Shown: one piece after another, positions 39,495 through 54,296 of the stretch | Layout of the letters: each line of letters begins with the position of its first letter | How positions within the stretch are numbered: the first letter of the stretch is position 1 | Assembly: GCA_951406725.2 (NCBI GenBank) | Contig: OX597832.1 | Coordinates: 7,626,001-7,690,000 of the forward strand | Direction: 5' to 3' | DNA: 64,000 nucleotides | From: Octopus vulgaris | Taxonomy: Eukaryota | Program-made: the position numbers and the translations under genes | The notes under the pieces: model-generated | Told to the model about the DNA's origin: nothing | Databases searched by the model: none | What the model saw: only the letters and a program-made list of their open reading frames with translations

Positions 39495-40094
39495 TGAGAA
39501 AGCCAGCACCATGACGCAATTCACTCAGCCAAAAATCTGGAAGCGACATGCTGTACTGCTTGGTATTCGCGTCAGAAGCTCCAATACGAACATTTCAGAT
39601 TGTTTGGGTATCAATCTGAAGACAGTGTAATCAGAGGACATGAATAGGGTGGCTGCTGGAAGACCCTCTGTCTTGCAACATGCCATACGAGCAGAAGCAA
39701 CATACCACACGAGGAGGAGAACCCAGTCATGGCTGTCAGACAATTTCTGCAACCACATCACCCCTAACATCTGGCCACTAACTCCCCAGACTGCAATCCC
39801 CTTGATTATTATAAGTGAGAGACCAACAAAACTCCTTGTAACACCATAGATGAACTGAAGGCAAGGATTATGGCTGCATTGGCCAACTTTAAACAAGGAG
39901 ACCACGCAGAAGAGTTGCAGGAGATTCTGAAGTCGTTTGGAGGCCGTGGTTGAAGCCAATGGCGAATATAATGAATAGGTTTACTCTAGTATTTCAAGTT
40001 ACTTTTATGAAATTTTGGTAAATATATCTGTTAAAATGAGATGTCAGTGTTATTTTCAGAGTAATTTAGACGGTAGTTTACTCACCGCACACTG
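39495..40094 (+). mobile_element. DD37D/maT transposon relic, deleted
   Basis: WLSDNFCNHITPNIWP motif; the right TIR resembles those of the other two copies. Confidence 0.85.
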
Positions 40095-40100
40095 TATGTG

Positions 40101-40224
<124 letters not shown>

Positions 40225-40640
40225 TTACTTATATGTTACGAAATTCCAGGAGTTGATAAAATAAGTACCAGTTAAACAGTGGGGAGGGGTGTGTCAATGT
40301 AATTGCCTTACCCCTCCCCCGAAATTGCTGAAATCAATATATCATATTATTCTGGGCTAAGTGTTTTAAATGCAAATCCCCTTCCAGTATTAATAATGCA
40401 AGTACCAGTAATATAAAAAAACTATAAATTTATAATGTAGACGCTGGAATTCTGTAAGATACCATCTATTTTCTTTGCTATCTTTCTTATTCCACATCTC
40501 CAAGGACTTTGGCTTAATATATAACTAGAAATAAGAAATGCTAGACGCTTTTGCATTTAATGTTTGGCTGTAGACTCCTACAACCAAAGACATTTCAGAT
40601 ATAATGAATTCGTTTTCTTTCAGAGCTAGTGTATCTACAA

Positions 40641-41026
40641 GGGAAGGAAGCACTCCGTCGGTTACGACGACGAGGGTTCCGGTTGATCCGATCAACAGAA
40701 CAGCCTGCTCGTGAAATTAACGTGTAAGTGGCTGAGCACTCCACAGACACGTGTACCCTTACCGTAGTTCTCGGGGATATTCAGCGTGACACAGAGAGTG
40801 ACAAGGCCGGCCCTTTGAAATACAGGTACAACAGAAACAGGAAGTAAGAGTGAGAGAAAGTTGTGGTGAAAGAGTACAGCAGGGATCACCACCATCCCCT
40901 GCCGGAGCCTCGTGGAGCTTTAGGTGTTTTCGCTCAATAAACACTCACAACGCCCGGTATGGGAATCGAAACCGCGATCCTACGACCGCGAGTCCGCTGC
41001 CCTAACCACTGGGCCATTGCGCCTCC
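40641..41026 (-). mobile_element. SINE family B, full length with TSD
   Basis: TSD tgtatctacaa at 40630-40640 and 41029-41039. Confidence 0.92.
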
Positions 41027-41262
41027 ACTGTATCTACAACTACCTTACGGAATGTTTCTCTTGCACTTTGTATTTTGAGACTGCAGGATTTGATTTGAAG
41101 GCAGTGGCGTATGATAGTTGTCTTAATAGGATGTGATAACTTAGGGAAGCTACTAATCTGTCAGACGTTATTTCTTACAATTAAACATAACGCATTTCAG
41201 GTTATTTCTATTTAAACACACCAACCTGGCATGATCTATACATACATACATACATACATACA

Positions 41263-41660
41263 TTATTATTATTATGGCTGCCCCCTCGTGATCGAGTATG
41301 GCCATTGCACGAAGCTTAACTGTTACTGGTGCTGTGATCGAATGTGACTTTTTAGCCCTGCTAAAGATCTACAATGTCTTGTAGAAAATTGGCAACTAAA
41401 ACCTTTACTGGTAATAGTCGGCTGTAGTTGTAACTGGGCTTCATGTACCTTTGCATGTCGTTTAAGTCCTCCTGCCGAATTACACTCTCTTCCACATGCC
41501 CGACAGATATGATTAGTATGGTGTGTTACACCACCAGTGGCCAGGTTGTCACTCATCTGTCTCGTTTTATGACTACGAAGATGACTCATGAGTCCAGCTT
41601 TACTGAGGCAGGGTCTTGCACAGACATTGCATGTCAGAATCAAAGGAAGACCCTTCCCTT
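41263..41660 (-). mobile_element. RTE-like LINE 3' end encoding three C2H2-type fingers, inserted in (CATA)n
   Basis: CNVCARPCLSKAGLMSHLRSH, CRACGRECNSAGGLKRHAKVH and CQFSTRHCRSLAGLKSHIRSQH, then a stop, a short 3' UTR with stem ctcgatcacgag, and an (ATA)n tail. Confidence 0.8.
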
Positions 41661-42193
41661 CATACATACATACATACATACATACATACATACATACATA
41701 CATACATACATACATACATACATGCATACATACATACATGCATACATACATACATACATACATACATACATGCATGCGTGCATGCATACATACATACATG
41801 CATGCGTGCATGCATACATACATACATACATACATACATACATACATACATACATACATACATGCATGCGTGCATGCATACATACATACACGCTGATTCG
41901 AAGACAAGAAATACAAGACATCACTGGAACTGCAAAAATCTGTAAAACGTTCCAGACATGCAACTATATGCATGAGAATACATATATAAAACAAAACATA
42001 CAAATCTGCACATATACATACATGCCAAAATACCCTGTCGATGTTGTTGAAATTCCAAGAAATCTAGGTTAGAAACCGGCAATTTCTCTACTGGCACGAA
42101 ATCTCGCACTAAAACCGAATAATAACACGCGTACCTATACACTTTTACTTGTTTCACTCATTAGACTGAGGCTATGCTGAAGCGCCATACATA

Positions 42194-42284
<91 letters not shown>

Positions 42285-42285
42285 A

Positions 42286-42380
<95 letters not shown>

Positions 42381-42515
42381 ACAAACATACATACATACAT
42401 ACATACATGCATACATGCATACATACATACATACATACATACATACATACACACACATATACACACACACATGCATATATATATACATATACACACACAC
42501 ACACGCAAACACACA

Positions 42516-42581
<66 letters not shown>

Positions 42582-43418
42582 CATACAGATGTCAGTATAT
42601 GACTTGACAACAAATTAAAAGCAGTTTATATCGCGATACTGCGAGAACAGATTTATTGTGATGGATATTTACCGTGTTTAGTGAACGTACCACGAGTATC
42701 TACCATTCCCCATTATGAAAATCGCTTCTCAGATATATCTATGACGTTGGGTTCCCATATAAAGACTCCTCTGTCGTCTTGTTGATTCTGTATAAATCAT
42801 CTAATTGTGTGTTCGTTCTAACAAGACTATCAACTCCGTCGCCTTTCACTGCATTACAGTATTGTTAAGAATTGCAGCAACATGTACATTTAATTGGAAG
42901 TTTTGTAAAGTTGACACTGCCATACCAATATAAAACTCCATAACTACATACGTACACACCGCTAACATCATTACTGACTTGAGTCTAGTTCTGTGTTCGT
43001 CCTTCACTGACAGGCAGTAATTTTGTTCGCTAGTGATTTGCTAATTGTTCGTTATCAGCGCTACTTGTGTCTCGAAAGCTTGCTGTTATTAACATGGCTG
43101 CATCCTGTGATTTTCTTTTATTATAATAATCATTTAGTTGAGGAACAAACCAGAATAAAATTACCGCGAATTCAAATATAAATGTAATAAATATAAAATA
43201 TAAAATATAAAATACGATAACACAAAATGAGGAAATTAATTTCAACATATACAGGAGACCATCACCAAAATCATAAATATACACACACATATGTTCGCGT
43301 GTATGTGTGTATGTGTGTATACACATACACATATATATATATATACATACATATACATATAGATATACATATGTATACATATATATATATATACATACAT
43401 ATATATATATAGATATAC

Positions 43419-43479
<61 letters not shown>

Positions 43480-43932
43480 CACATACACATGTCTACGTGT
43501 ATGTATAGGACTTTTATATATGCATATATATGTTTATGAATATTTGGGTTTGAGTTTTTGTCTGTGCTTTCATATATGTGCTCATATATTTGTATATATA
43601 TGCGTATATATATATATATATGTATATATAGACAGGTGCACACACATATACTCTCTCTCTCTCTCTCTCTCTCTCTCGCACACACATATATAAAATACCT
43701 TAATGCGTGTGTCCGTACGATTAATATACACGTTTAAGCCAACTGTGTACGTATAGTCAGGCGTAAACAACTTGTCTGTATAAATAATGTTGGAGCAGTG
43801 CAAGAGAGGAACCAACCGCACTAGTTTAAGCCTTGGGATTTCATTCGAGTAAGTATTTCAAATGTCCAAAGAGAGACACTTTACAAACACCAAATATATA
43901 CATACACAGGTACATGTGTGTGCGTATATATA

Positions 43933-43989
<57 letters not shown>

Positions 43990-43990
43990 T

Positions 43991-44065
<75 letters not shown>

Positions 44066-44094
44066 CCTATCCATCTATCTCTACATACATGACA

Positions 44095-44905
44095 CAGCCT
44101 ACAAACAATGTCTCCGCAAAACGCAGAGGATAAAATTTCTGCATATTAATGAATTGTTTATAGAGGGAAGTATACTATACTAAGCAACAACTTTTTCACC
44201 AACTCACATCCTGTTATGATCATCAAAGCACAAAATAAAAAAAATTATCTATTGACAACATCATGACAGGCTCGACTAATAACTCTCACCTTCTAAATAC
44301 AAACAGGAAATAGTCTATATAACCTCAACAGCAAGTAAAGACACTAACTGACCAATTAAAACATACCACCTACTTACATTATTTTGTGAACTCTTAAAAA
44401 CTTCACTACAAAGAAAGCTGATACACCCAATTACTAAGTGTTTAAATATTGGACTAAACTTTAAACTTTGAAATTTACATTGCCATAGCAAAGGTTTCAA
44501 TCTAATAAAACCAAAAGTAGCTAAAACTCATTACATATCTGCTGACCATAGGGCTTCTACTTCCCTACTACCTTTTTGTAAACCACTAAAAAGCAACCTA
44601 TGACCTAAAGCTGTCACACCTAAATATACACATCTCTTTACAAAGTACTACAAGCACGAATGAATTTTGAACAAAAGCATAACGCCAAATTTAATCAATG
44701 AAAAAATTCTCCTCAGCACCTCTCCATCGCAATCTGATTACCATTGAACTGAATCTCACAAATCCAGAAAAACTTTTATCTCAACAAATACTATATAAAG
44801 CCAAGATTAAACTTAATGCATTTAAATCCGACGAGGGCTTCGGTGGCCGAAACTTTGAAGTCTCTGTCAATAGTAATGATGTTAAAGAATAATAAATTTG
44901 TATAC
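44095..44905 (+). mobile_element. Decayed PLE-like 3' remnant with hammerhead relic (44828-44862)
   Basis: CCGACGA-GGGCTTCGGTGGCC-GAAA-CTTTGAAG-TC; bounded by TA tracts. Confidence 0.4.
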
Positions 44906-44912
44906 TACAAAG

Positions 44913-44950
<38 letters not shown>

Positions 44951-45236
44951 GAGGGACTCTGTGTATGTGTATGTGTGCATTTATTCATATGTATAAGTGG
45001 GATAACTGGCTTATTGAATCATACTGGGTGGGCAATAGTCTCGTTCGATCGTGCAAGCGTACACACTATAGATGATGTAATCTCTATCTCTCTCGCATAA
45101 ATTAAGACATATAATAGTCTATAAAATTCGTATAGAAAGTTACATTGAGCATTTTGTGATTCTGTACGCAACGTAAATAAAATTCCTATGTCATTCTCTT
45201 TATATCTCCCTCCTCTATTTCTCTCTCTCTCTCTCT

Positions 45237-45286
<50 letters not shown>

Positions 45287-45651
45287 GTGTTGATGTCGGC
45301 GAGCGTGCGTGCGTGTGTAGATGTGTGTGTCTTAGGTGTGTGCTCTGTTAAATATGTTTACAAAAGATGTGAAAGAAATTGTCTTTGTGCATTGTTTGTT
45401 GTCTTCTAAATTCAATAACATTTCTTACAATGGAAACAGTTCCAAACATTCTGGAAGCTGCTGTGAATTTCAGAATAGTCATTCAATATAAATGTACTTA
45501 TATCCCATAGGAAATTAAATTTCATATATTCATGGATATTTGTCATTTATAAAGTCCAATTCCGGCATTCCGAGGATTGACGAAGTGCAAATTCCTTCAT
45601 AAGGTAACGAACTAAAAAAAAAATGATTTAATATACTGAAATTTTCATTAA

Positions 45652-45693
<42 letters not shown>

Positions 45694-45781
45694 GTACATA
45701 TATACATATATATACATATAAATACACACATAGATGTACATACACACGCATATTATATATATATATATATATATATGAAAG

Positions 45782-45960
45782 GATTCCTGTTTGTTCCGAC
45801 TAGGAGCATTGTAGCAGTTCGATCAACTGGATAGCAAATCTTTGCATTGAATTTTTGTGAAGTGGATTAATATTTCACAGACTTTTAGTATTAACAAATC
45901 TTTAGGGGGACTTCCGTGTGATACACAGTGTGACGAGACTAGATCTCTGAGTTCAACTGT
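45782..45960 (-). mobile_element. Very degenerate SINE B 3' part
   Basis: gatcaactgg..gtgatacacagtgtgacga resembles 40680-40810. Confidence 0.5.
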
Positions 45961-46521
45961 TCCCCTCTACCCCGTTCCACATAGAAGGCTTGAGTTGACA
46001 CAACTCTACAATAGAAAGACAATTGCCTTTGATGTCACGGACAAAAGGCATTGCAGAATCTTGCGGTACCGAAGTGAATTATTTCAACTATTGTTCTGGT
46101 CCTAGCTTAGGGGATTGGTCGCATCTCTTTCTGAGTTGTTAAGCTTGATGCCAGTAAGTTAGTGCTAGCTACAGAAGAGTACGTATCCCAGGATCAGGCG
46201 ATATTAGGTTATGCAACTCAGCACGCCTGCAAAAGCAGTCCTTCATGAGTCCTATGTATTGTGAAACCTATAGCTAATCTCCTCTATATCAACCCAAGAC
46301 ACATCACAAGCGATTGTTCACTTGGTGTTGGTGATCACTACATTCTTATCACGTATGACTTTCTCCAGATATCTTTGTACACATAACGTACTGCGAAACA
46401 ATGGCTATAACCTGTTAGGACCGATTTTGTGTGTATCCCTACCTCTATTGGTTAACCTTACCATGCTGAGAATTTTTCTTTCATTGGGCTACACATGACA
46501 TGCCCACGCCAGAGATCCTCA

Positions 46522-46815
46522 GTGGAGGCACATGGCCTAGTGGTTAGAGCTGCGGAAACGATCGCGAGTTCGAATCTCAGACCGAGCGATGTGTGTGTTT
46601 ATGAGCGAAACACCTAAGCTCTACGCAGCTCCGACAAAAGGTAATAGCGAACTTCTGCTGACTCTTTCTCCACAACTTTCTCTCACTCTTTCCTCCAGCA
46701 TCTTGTAGTTCACCTGCAACGGACCGGCGTCCCGTCCAGGTGGGAAACCTATACGCCAAGGAAACCGGGAAACCAGCCCTTATGAGCCAGGCATGGTTTG
46801 AGTAGGAACAAACAA
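46522..46815 (+). mobile_element. SINE with B-like tRNA head and a third tail type
   Basis: ggaggcacatggcctagtggttag..gagttcgaatc..gagcgaaacacctaagctc..ccacaactttctctcactctt, then a different tail. Confidence 0.85.
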
Positions 46816-47316
46816 AAATATGTATATAATATATATATATATTATATATATACGATAACATGGTGGACCAGGTAAGTTTAATCTACCCTACTACTATAAT
46901 GTAAACTTTTTTGAACTTATAATATTCTGTGAGTGTATGTATATACAGATACAATACAAATATTCCACTGAACTTTTTAGTAATTCCTTCTGGAAAATAT
47001 CTTTAGCATTTTCTTGAGAATGTATGTATATATCGTAATCTTTTGTGACCAATATTTTAATGAACTTGTTAAACTTTTTTATATTTTCCAAAGATTTTCC
47101 TTCGTACGCTGTTCCTAACATACCAAAGAATGTATATATGTAGTGTAGTATTTTGTGACAACCAATAATTAACACAACCAAACTTTTACATGTTACTTTT
47201 GACAATCTTTTTCTAATAAGTGAAACGAGTAAAGTAAATAAACATTTTTAAAATTGCCTTTTCAAACCTTCTTTCATATATAATTCCACCCGTGCGGTAC
47301 CTACAACTCCACTTTG

Positions 47317-47354
<38 letters not shown>

Positions 47355-47362
<8 letters not shown>

Positions 47363-47470
47363 GGAGCTTCTACAGTAGAACTGTTTCATTCAAGAGAAAT
47401 CTTCAGGAAGATTTCCTGAAGATTTCTCTTGAATGAAACAGTTCTAGTCCTGTAGAAGCTCCTTCTATAT
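47355..47470. ncRNA. Near-perfect palindrome made of two back-to-back hammerhead motifs
   Basis: Plus: UUUC-CUGAAGA-UUUCUCUUGAAU-GAAA-CAG-UUCUAGUC-CUG-UA-GAAG. Minus: CUUC-CUGAAGA-...-GAAA-CAG-UUCUA-CUG-UA-GAAG. Centre at 47410-47412. Confidence 0.7.
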
Positions 47471-47543
47471 AATAAATTAATTTTACTCTGCTATGTATTG
47501 AGTACCTTATTTACTGTGGTTAACCCCGAATCAACCCGGGACC

Positions 47544-47733
<190 letters not shown>

Positions 47734-47736
47734 AAA

Positions 47737-47786
47737 ATGGCGGTGCCCCAGCATGGCGACAGCTCGTGAGCTGAAACTAGATGAAA
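47737..47786 (+). mobile_element. Extreme 3' tip of the CR1-like LINE inside (TA)n
   Basis: Near-identical to 29614-29664. Confidence 0.75.
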
Positions 47787-47871
47787 TATATATATATATA
47801 AATATATTGATAAAACGGTAAGATAACAAAAGAAAGAAAGAGACCTCAATATTATGTAAATAGAGGAAATT

Positions 47872-47937
47872 TATCTATACAATAATATGTTACATTATCT
47901 TGACTATCGAGTAATGTAACATATTATTGTATAGATA
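47872..47937. repeat. Perfect 26-bp inverted repeat with a 14-nt loop
   Basis: tatctatacaataatatgttacatta / taatgtaacatattattgtatagata. Confidence 0.9.
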
Positions 47938-47950
47938 TATATATAAATAA

Positions 47951-48024
<74 letters not shown>

Positions 48025-48306
48025 CATATATATATATATATATCCATGCGTATTTTTGTATGCATACACTCACATACATGAGGCATACACACAAACAAAT
48101 GAACCCAGTCGTTACTAATGTGATTTATCTAACAACAGATTCTTCATGAGTATTTGTTAATATTTTTCACAGGTGCATATAGAAATTCACAATCATGCAT
48201 AAATATACAAAATATACATGCACAAATATAGCCATGTATACCATTATATATTCACTCTTACGTAAGCTGTCGTAGACATACGTCTATACACAAACACCCA
48301 CACGTT

Positions 48307-48575
48307 TTGGGTCATCCCATAAATAATGCAGTATTTTCAATTGCATGATCTAAAAGACGGTGTGGGACGGGATACCTACCTGCATATGTAGACGAGGTTA
48401 GAACAGAACTGGAGTAATATTCTTCGTCACGGACAAGTGAATTTGGGAAAAGGGGCCTTACAAATGTACTAGATATATTGAGAAAATATTTTAAATTAAA
48501 AATGAACTTTGCTTATTGAAATTTTGAAAAAATAAAGGACGAAAAAAACCCAGCAATATTTATGGGATGACTCAA
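48307..48575. mobile_element. Mariner-derived MITE
   Basis: TIRs ttgggtcatcccataaataatgc / gcaatatttatgggatgactcaa. The first ~60 bp match 31043-31105. Confidence 0.85.
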
Positions 48576-48598
48576 TATAAATATATATATCCATAAAC

Positions 48599-48632
<34 letters not shown>

Positions 48633-48645
48633 ATAAACACATATA

Positions 48646-48690
<45 letters not shown>

Positions 48691-49000
48691 ATGTATATAC
48701 ACACACACATATATATGTATATGTGCATCAACAATATATAAAAGTATACAGACAACAGATACAGGTGAAAGAACAGCAAACATGGAAAATGGAACAAGTC
48801 TTTGACCTTTCGAGCATACGGCTTTCTAAACAAAAGAATGAAGACAGAAAACATCAACAGTAAAAAGCGTATCTGTCTTAATGATGTTACATATTGTATT
48901 GACTGGAAGTTAGAAAGTGGCTGACGGCATGTGTAGCAAAAGATACACGAGAGACATGTGGAAAGTGAGCATGCGCAAAGACTTGTGCGTACGCGAAGAT

Positions 49001-49052
<52 letters not shown>

Positions 49053-49153
49053 CACAAACACCTACACACACACATACACACATACACTAATATATATTTT
49101 TGTTTCTGTGTGTGTATTAGAATAGAAAATTTTCATAAAGATTTGCCTTATAT

Positions 49154-49286
<133 letters not shown>

Positions 49287-49775
49287 ATATATATATGTAT
49301 GTATATATATATGTATATATATATTTATATATATGTATATATATATATATATGTATATATGTATATGTGTGTGGATGTGTGTATATGCGTGCGTATGTGC
49401 GTATGTGTGTGTGTGTGTGCGTGTGTGCGTCTGTGTGTGTGCGCGCGCACGTGTGTGTATGTGTGGGTATCAATGTTTTTGATTATATTCTTTGAAAGCC
49501 AAAATAATGCAAGTTTTGAAAATCGTACAAGTTGCAAGTAGTACCCGGTATTTCCACATTTCAAGGTTAGGACTCCTTCCTCTGGACAACTTTTAAGAAA
49601 TGTTATTATTCGCTGACTTCTCTGACCTGAAAATCTTATGTGTCGCTAGCAACATGGGGAAGGGTTCCTAAATCTGAACTATGGAAATATGAAATACCAG
49701 GTAATATTATCAGCATATGTGATTTTTATAAATTGAATTGTTTAGTATTAAAATACACACACACACCCATACGCG

Positions 49776-49865
<90 letters not shown>

Positions 49866-49953
49866 CATACATACATATATAAATATATAAGTGTGTGTGT
49901 AAATGTCAACAACCACACATGAACACGCGCATACAAACATGGCATTGTTACGG

Positions 49954-49985
<32 letters not shown>

Positions 49986-49996
49986 CATATATACGA

Positions 49997-50165
49997 TAGG
50001 CGCAGGAGTGGCTGTGTGGTAAGTAGCTTGCTAACCAACCACATGGTTGCGGGTTCAGTCCCATTGCGTGGCATCTTGGGCAAGTGTCTTCTGCTATAGC
50101 CCCGGGCCGACCAATGCCTTGTGAGTGGATTTGGTAGACGGAAACTGAAAGAAGCCTGTCGTATA

Positions 50166-50220
<55 letters not shown>

Positions 50221-50437
50221 TTGTGTGTCTGTGTTTGTCCCCCTAGCATTGCTTGACAACCGATGCTGGTGTGTCTACGTCCCCGCCACTTAGCGGTTCG
50301 GCAAAAGAGACCGATATAATAAGTACTGGGCTTACAAAGAATAAGTTCCGGGGTCGATTTGATCAACTAAAGGCGGTACTCCAGCATGGCCGCAGTCAAA
50401 TGACTGAAACAAGTAAAAGAGTAAAAGAGAGAGAGTA
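49997..50437 (+). mobile_element. SINE family C, full length
   Basis: Family motifs. Confidence 0.92.
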
Positions 50438-50544
50438 ATATATAAGACAAAATAGAGTGAACTGCAGAAGACTTTTGTTACATGGTTAAAGAATATATTT
50501 GAATAGCTATGGTAGAAAAATGTTATCAACTTTTGTGTATAGTA

Positions 50545-51665
50545 ACATTGTTTTAGGAGAAATAACCGGTTTCGTACATTTTTTTCAAATTTCTCAAATT
50601 TCTTTACCGATGTTGTGTCATCTCTTCGCTATGATGTGAAGTATGAGAGCTCCAGACAGGAGAAAGTAATCAAGGATATTTTTGGTATAAGGGAGATAAT
50701 AAAAAAATGTTGGGAATGACTTGGTTTTATTACTTTAACATGATTTAGTTTAGAAAGAATAGAATGTTAGAAGTGTTTAAGTTTTGTTCTATATTTTTTT
50801 CCAATGAGGTAAGTTTCCTTATTTAAAAATGCTAGAAATGGTTAAGTTTTGATATATATTTTTTCTACGAAGTAGGTTTCCTTGTGTAATCTAACTTGTG
50901 TTGGTGTTCCAATGGCACAATGATAAAATGGAGAGAAAAAAATTGTGGTAGCAGTTGCTTTGCGCATTTATCAATGTGTTCACTAAAGGATATAATTTTG
51001 TATTCTGGGAAAGCAATATGTTATCCCTGCAGACTGCACATGCGTCTGAGCAACAATTCCGTAGACTCTATGTAGTTTTGGTGACAGCCTTAGCCTCTTG
51101 TAACATAAATCAGGTTTTCTGAGGCCCAAGTAAAATCAGATTTGATTTTGAATTTTTGTCCCTCTTTGAAAAGGAATTCTGATCCTTCTTGAAGGTTTGG
51201 TCATGTTGCGCAATTTGGTCGACCCTATTTTTTCACTTTTGCGTCCGTTAATTTAGAAAATAATTTTGCCTGTGTGAGGATATTTTTTAGTGATTTCGGT
51301 TGTTTGTGGCTTTTAATGATCTTATGTGTGTGCAAAATTTCCTTTAATTTGGGGTCCTTATGTAGCATTGATAAATTTTGGGTAATGATGGTGAAGGTTT
51401 TTTTGTTTCTAGGATTGTATATGGTTATGTACGGAAATGTTTTCGGGGAAGGTGTGTTGCTGTGTTGAAATATTTTTCTTAAGGTTTCTATGTCGGGTTC
51501 TGTTGCACGCCTGATGCCATCCTCTATGAGTTGAACTGGGTAATATCTGTCAATGAGGGTGTTTAGAGTTCTTGCAGTCTAAAGTCTCCGGTATATTTTT
51601 CTGACACTATTGTACATATCCTTCTTGCAAGGTTGAAGGAGATAGAGCTTTCTGGGAAAGTATAT
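50545..51665 (-). mobile_element. Penelope-like element 3' ORF fragment (thumb/linker/GIY-YIG region), decayed
   Basis: YPVQLIEDGIRRA, PYITIYNPRN, LKEILHTHKIIKSHKQPKSLKNILTQAK and GCHQNYI motifs; gaaaccggtta hammerhead tail near 50562-50573. Confidence 0.8.
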
Positions 51666-51956
51666 GTTCAGCTTACAAAATATTTAGCTAAGATAATATG
51701 AGATGTAAGCTAACAGGGTTATATCCATACGGTTTTGTACTTATTATTACACTGTACATACATACATACATACATACACACACATGTGTACATGCATACA
51801 CACGCACAGACATATATATATGTAATATATGTAATATATATATATATACATGCACACGCACACATATATATATATATATACATATTTATACTCCATATAA
51901 ATATAATGTAAATATAATGACACATATACGCATATTCAAATTCATTGATATATATA

Positions 51957-52026
<70 letters not shown>

Positions 52027-52412
52027 CATATATATAAGTACAGGCCTAAGAGACATTTATACACTCACACATATACACATACGTGCACATATACAATCAT
52101 AAATTGACACGCATGCACTTATACATACATATACGTGTGTATTAGTCAGCAAACAGCATAAAAAATGGAATCTGTACAAGAAGAAAATTTACATATACTT
52201 TACAGAAAGATGATACTTCCCAAATGCTTACACCAAGTTTATCGGTTCCGTTCTTCGACCACTAGTGTAAAAGTATAAGATAAGGAAAATATCTAATCAC
52301 CAATATAAATGATGTAAGGTCAACGTGGTTATTATTCACTGGATGAAATTTTCCCATAAGAATTGGAATCAAACGATTGTTAGATAACGAATATAAACGT
52401 TATGGACATGTT

Positions 52413-52488
<76 letters not shown>

Positions 52489-53004
52489 TATGTGTGTGTG
52501 TGTTTACTTGTATGTATATGTGTATACATATAAATTATACATATGCAAAACTATCAATAAATGAATAAAATGAAATAACGATGTAAGGGGTTGGGGAAAA
52601 TGAGGGAAAAGCGAGGGATCCCGCTAAAGTGGAATGTAGGAGCAACGAATGAAGAGCAAGAGGGAAAGGAGAAGGTGGCTCGTGAAATGCAGAGTTGGCT
52701 GAAAGAGCGAACGGAGAAGAGAAAAAAAAATTATACATTACATTTCTGCTCTTTTATTTCTAGCTATTTCCGCTTGCTTGATTTGTATGCCAGTGAAATA
52801 ACTTATTTTGGTCTGGAAAGATTTATGCACCACGCAAAGGTTATTCCCATACGTTTAGAGCGGAAGTTGATTTTCAAATTGTTGCTTTCGAGTAACACGT
52901 AAAAATCGCGTTTAGTAAACAACTTATCTTTGATGAGTTTCTTATTAACCAATAATTGAAGCATGAAACAAGCAGTAACTCAAGAATAGTAAACAACTTT
53001 ACTA

Positions 53005-53532
53005 TAGGGGCAGGAGTGACTGTGTGGTAAGTAGCTTGCTTACCAACCACATGGTTCCGGGTTCAGTCCCACTGCGTGGCACCTTGGACAAGTGTCTTCT
53101 ACTATAGCCTCGGGCCGACCAATGCCTTGTGAGTGGATTTGGTAGATGGAAACTGAAAGCAGCCCATCGTATATATGTATATATATATATATATATATTA
53201 AATTAGAGACAAAACCACTATTATGCAAATCAAACAAAGAAAGACTTAAGCCAATACATAAATTAATTTATATTATTTAGAAATGTAACTATTATAATAT
53301 CCATATATATATATATGTGTGTGCGTGTATGCTTGTGTCTCTGTGTTTGTCCCCCTAGCATTGCTTGACAACCGATGCTGGTGTGTTTACGTCCCCGTCA
53401 CTTAGCGGTTCGGCAAAACAGAACGATAGAATAAGTACTGAGCTTACAAAGAATAAGTCCCGGGGTCGAGTTGCTTGATTAAAGGCGGTGCTCCAGCATG
53501 GCCGCAGTCAAATGACTGAAACAAATAAAAAA
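53005..53532 (+). mobile_element. SINE family C with ~105-bp insert in its internal TA tract; TSD aaacaacttta
   Basis: TSD at 52991-53001 and 53533-53543. Confidence 0.9.
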
Positions 53533-54296
53533 AAACAACTTTATATACACAGACGTTCACACACTTATAGATATATACATACATGCATACTCATACGGAT
53601 GTATGTATATTCCCTTTCAGAATTACAACTATTAGTGTTTGGAATTTAACTGCTCTTGTAGTGAGTTAGATATCCTATTATGGTCATCTCTTATGTGTTT
53701 AAATATACACTGTATTTTTCTATGAATAATATATAGTCTATTGAATAATTTTTCCTTCTCGCAAGACGACTGGTAGATAAGAATTTGTCTAAATATTTTT
53801 TTGCTACCCTTAGATATATGTATATCTATATGTATGTGTGTGTGTGTGTGTGTGTCTGTGTGTGTGTGTGTGTGTCTGTATGAATATATATGCATCGATC
53901 GTCGGTAAAACATAAATCTGAAAAAGAAGCACACTCTAAGTTATGGAGCAGTATATAATATGAAGTTAGGTAAGGCCGGTTTATAGCGTGGCCCTGGGCT
54001 TTACGTCCATAAAGAGCTTGGCTTTACGGCATGTCATCAGGCCTCTTAAGGCCGCTTTTGTGAGGCCAACAAGGTTTTGAGATCTGATGATGCAACATAA
54101 AGCTAAGTGCTTTATGGAGAGCAAATGAGATTTGGCAAGTGAGATCAATGGAATAAGTACTGGGCTTAAAAGGAATAAGTCCTGGTGTCGATTTGTTTGA
54201 CTAATGGTGGGTGCTCCTGCATGGCTTCAGTCAAATGACTGAAACAAATAAATGAATAAAAGAATAAAAGAATACACCCATACACACATATACACA

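Noticed and set aside
41323-42003. 226-aa ORF as a host zinc-finger gene
   Set aside because: The N-terminal half is (TATG)n repeat; the finger part ends in a LINE-type UTR and tail.
46020-46320. Possible R4-like LINE C-terminal remnant (also vague LINE relics at 58900-59550 and 63450-63950)
   Set aside because: Too decayed to classify by eye.
46862-46895. Resemblance to a large-subunit rRNA segment
   Set aside because: Too short and mismatched; no flanking rRNA sequence.
52764-52839. Possible 76-nt coding exon (YFRLLDLYASEITYFGLERFMHHAK)
   Set aside because: Good acceptor but weak donor (gttatt), no recognisable homology and no partner exons.
54007-54118. Two inverted CTGATGA-plus-hairpin motifs as hammerheads
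   Set aside because: Helix II-like stems are present, but there is no correctly placed GAAA, helix III or helix I.
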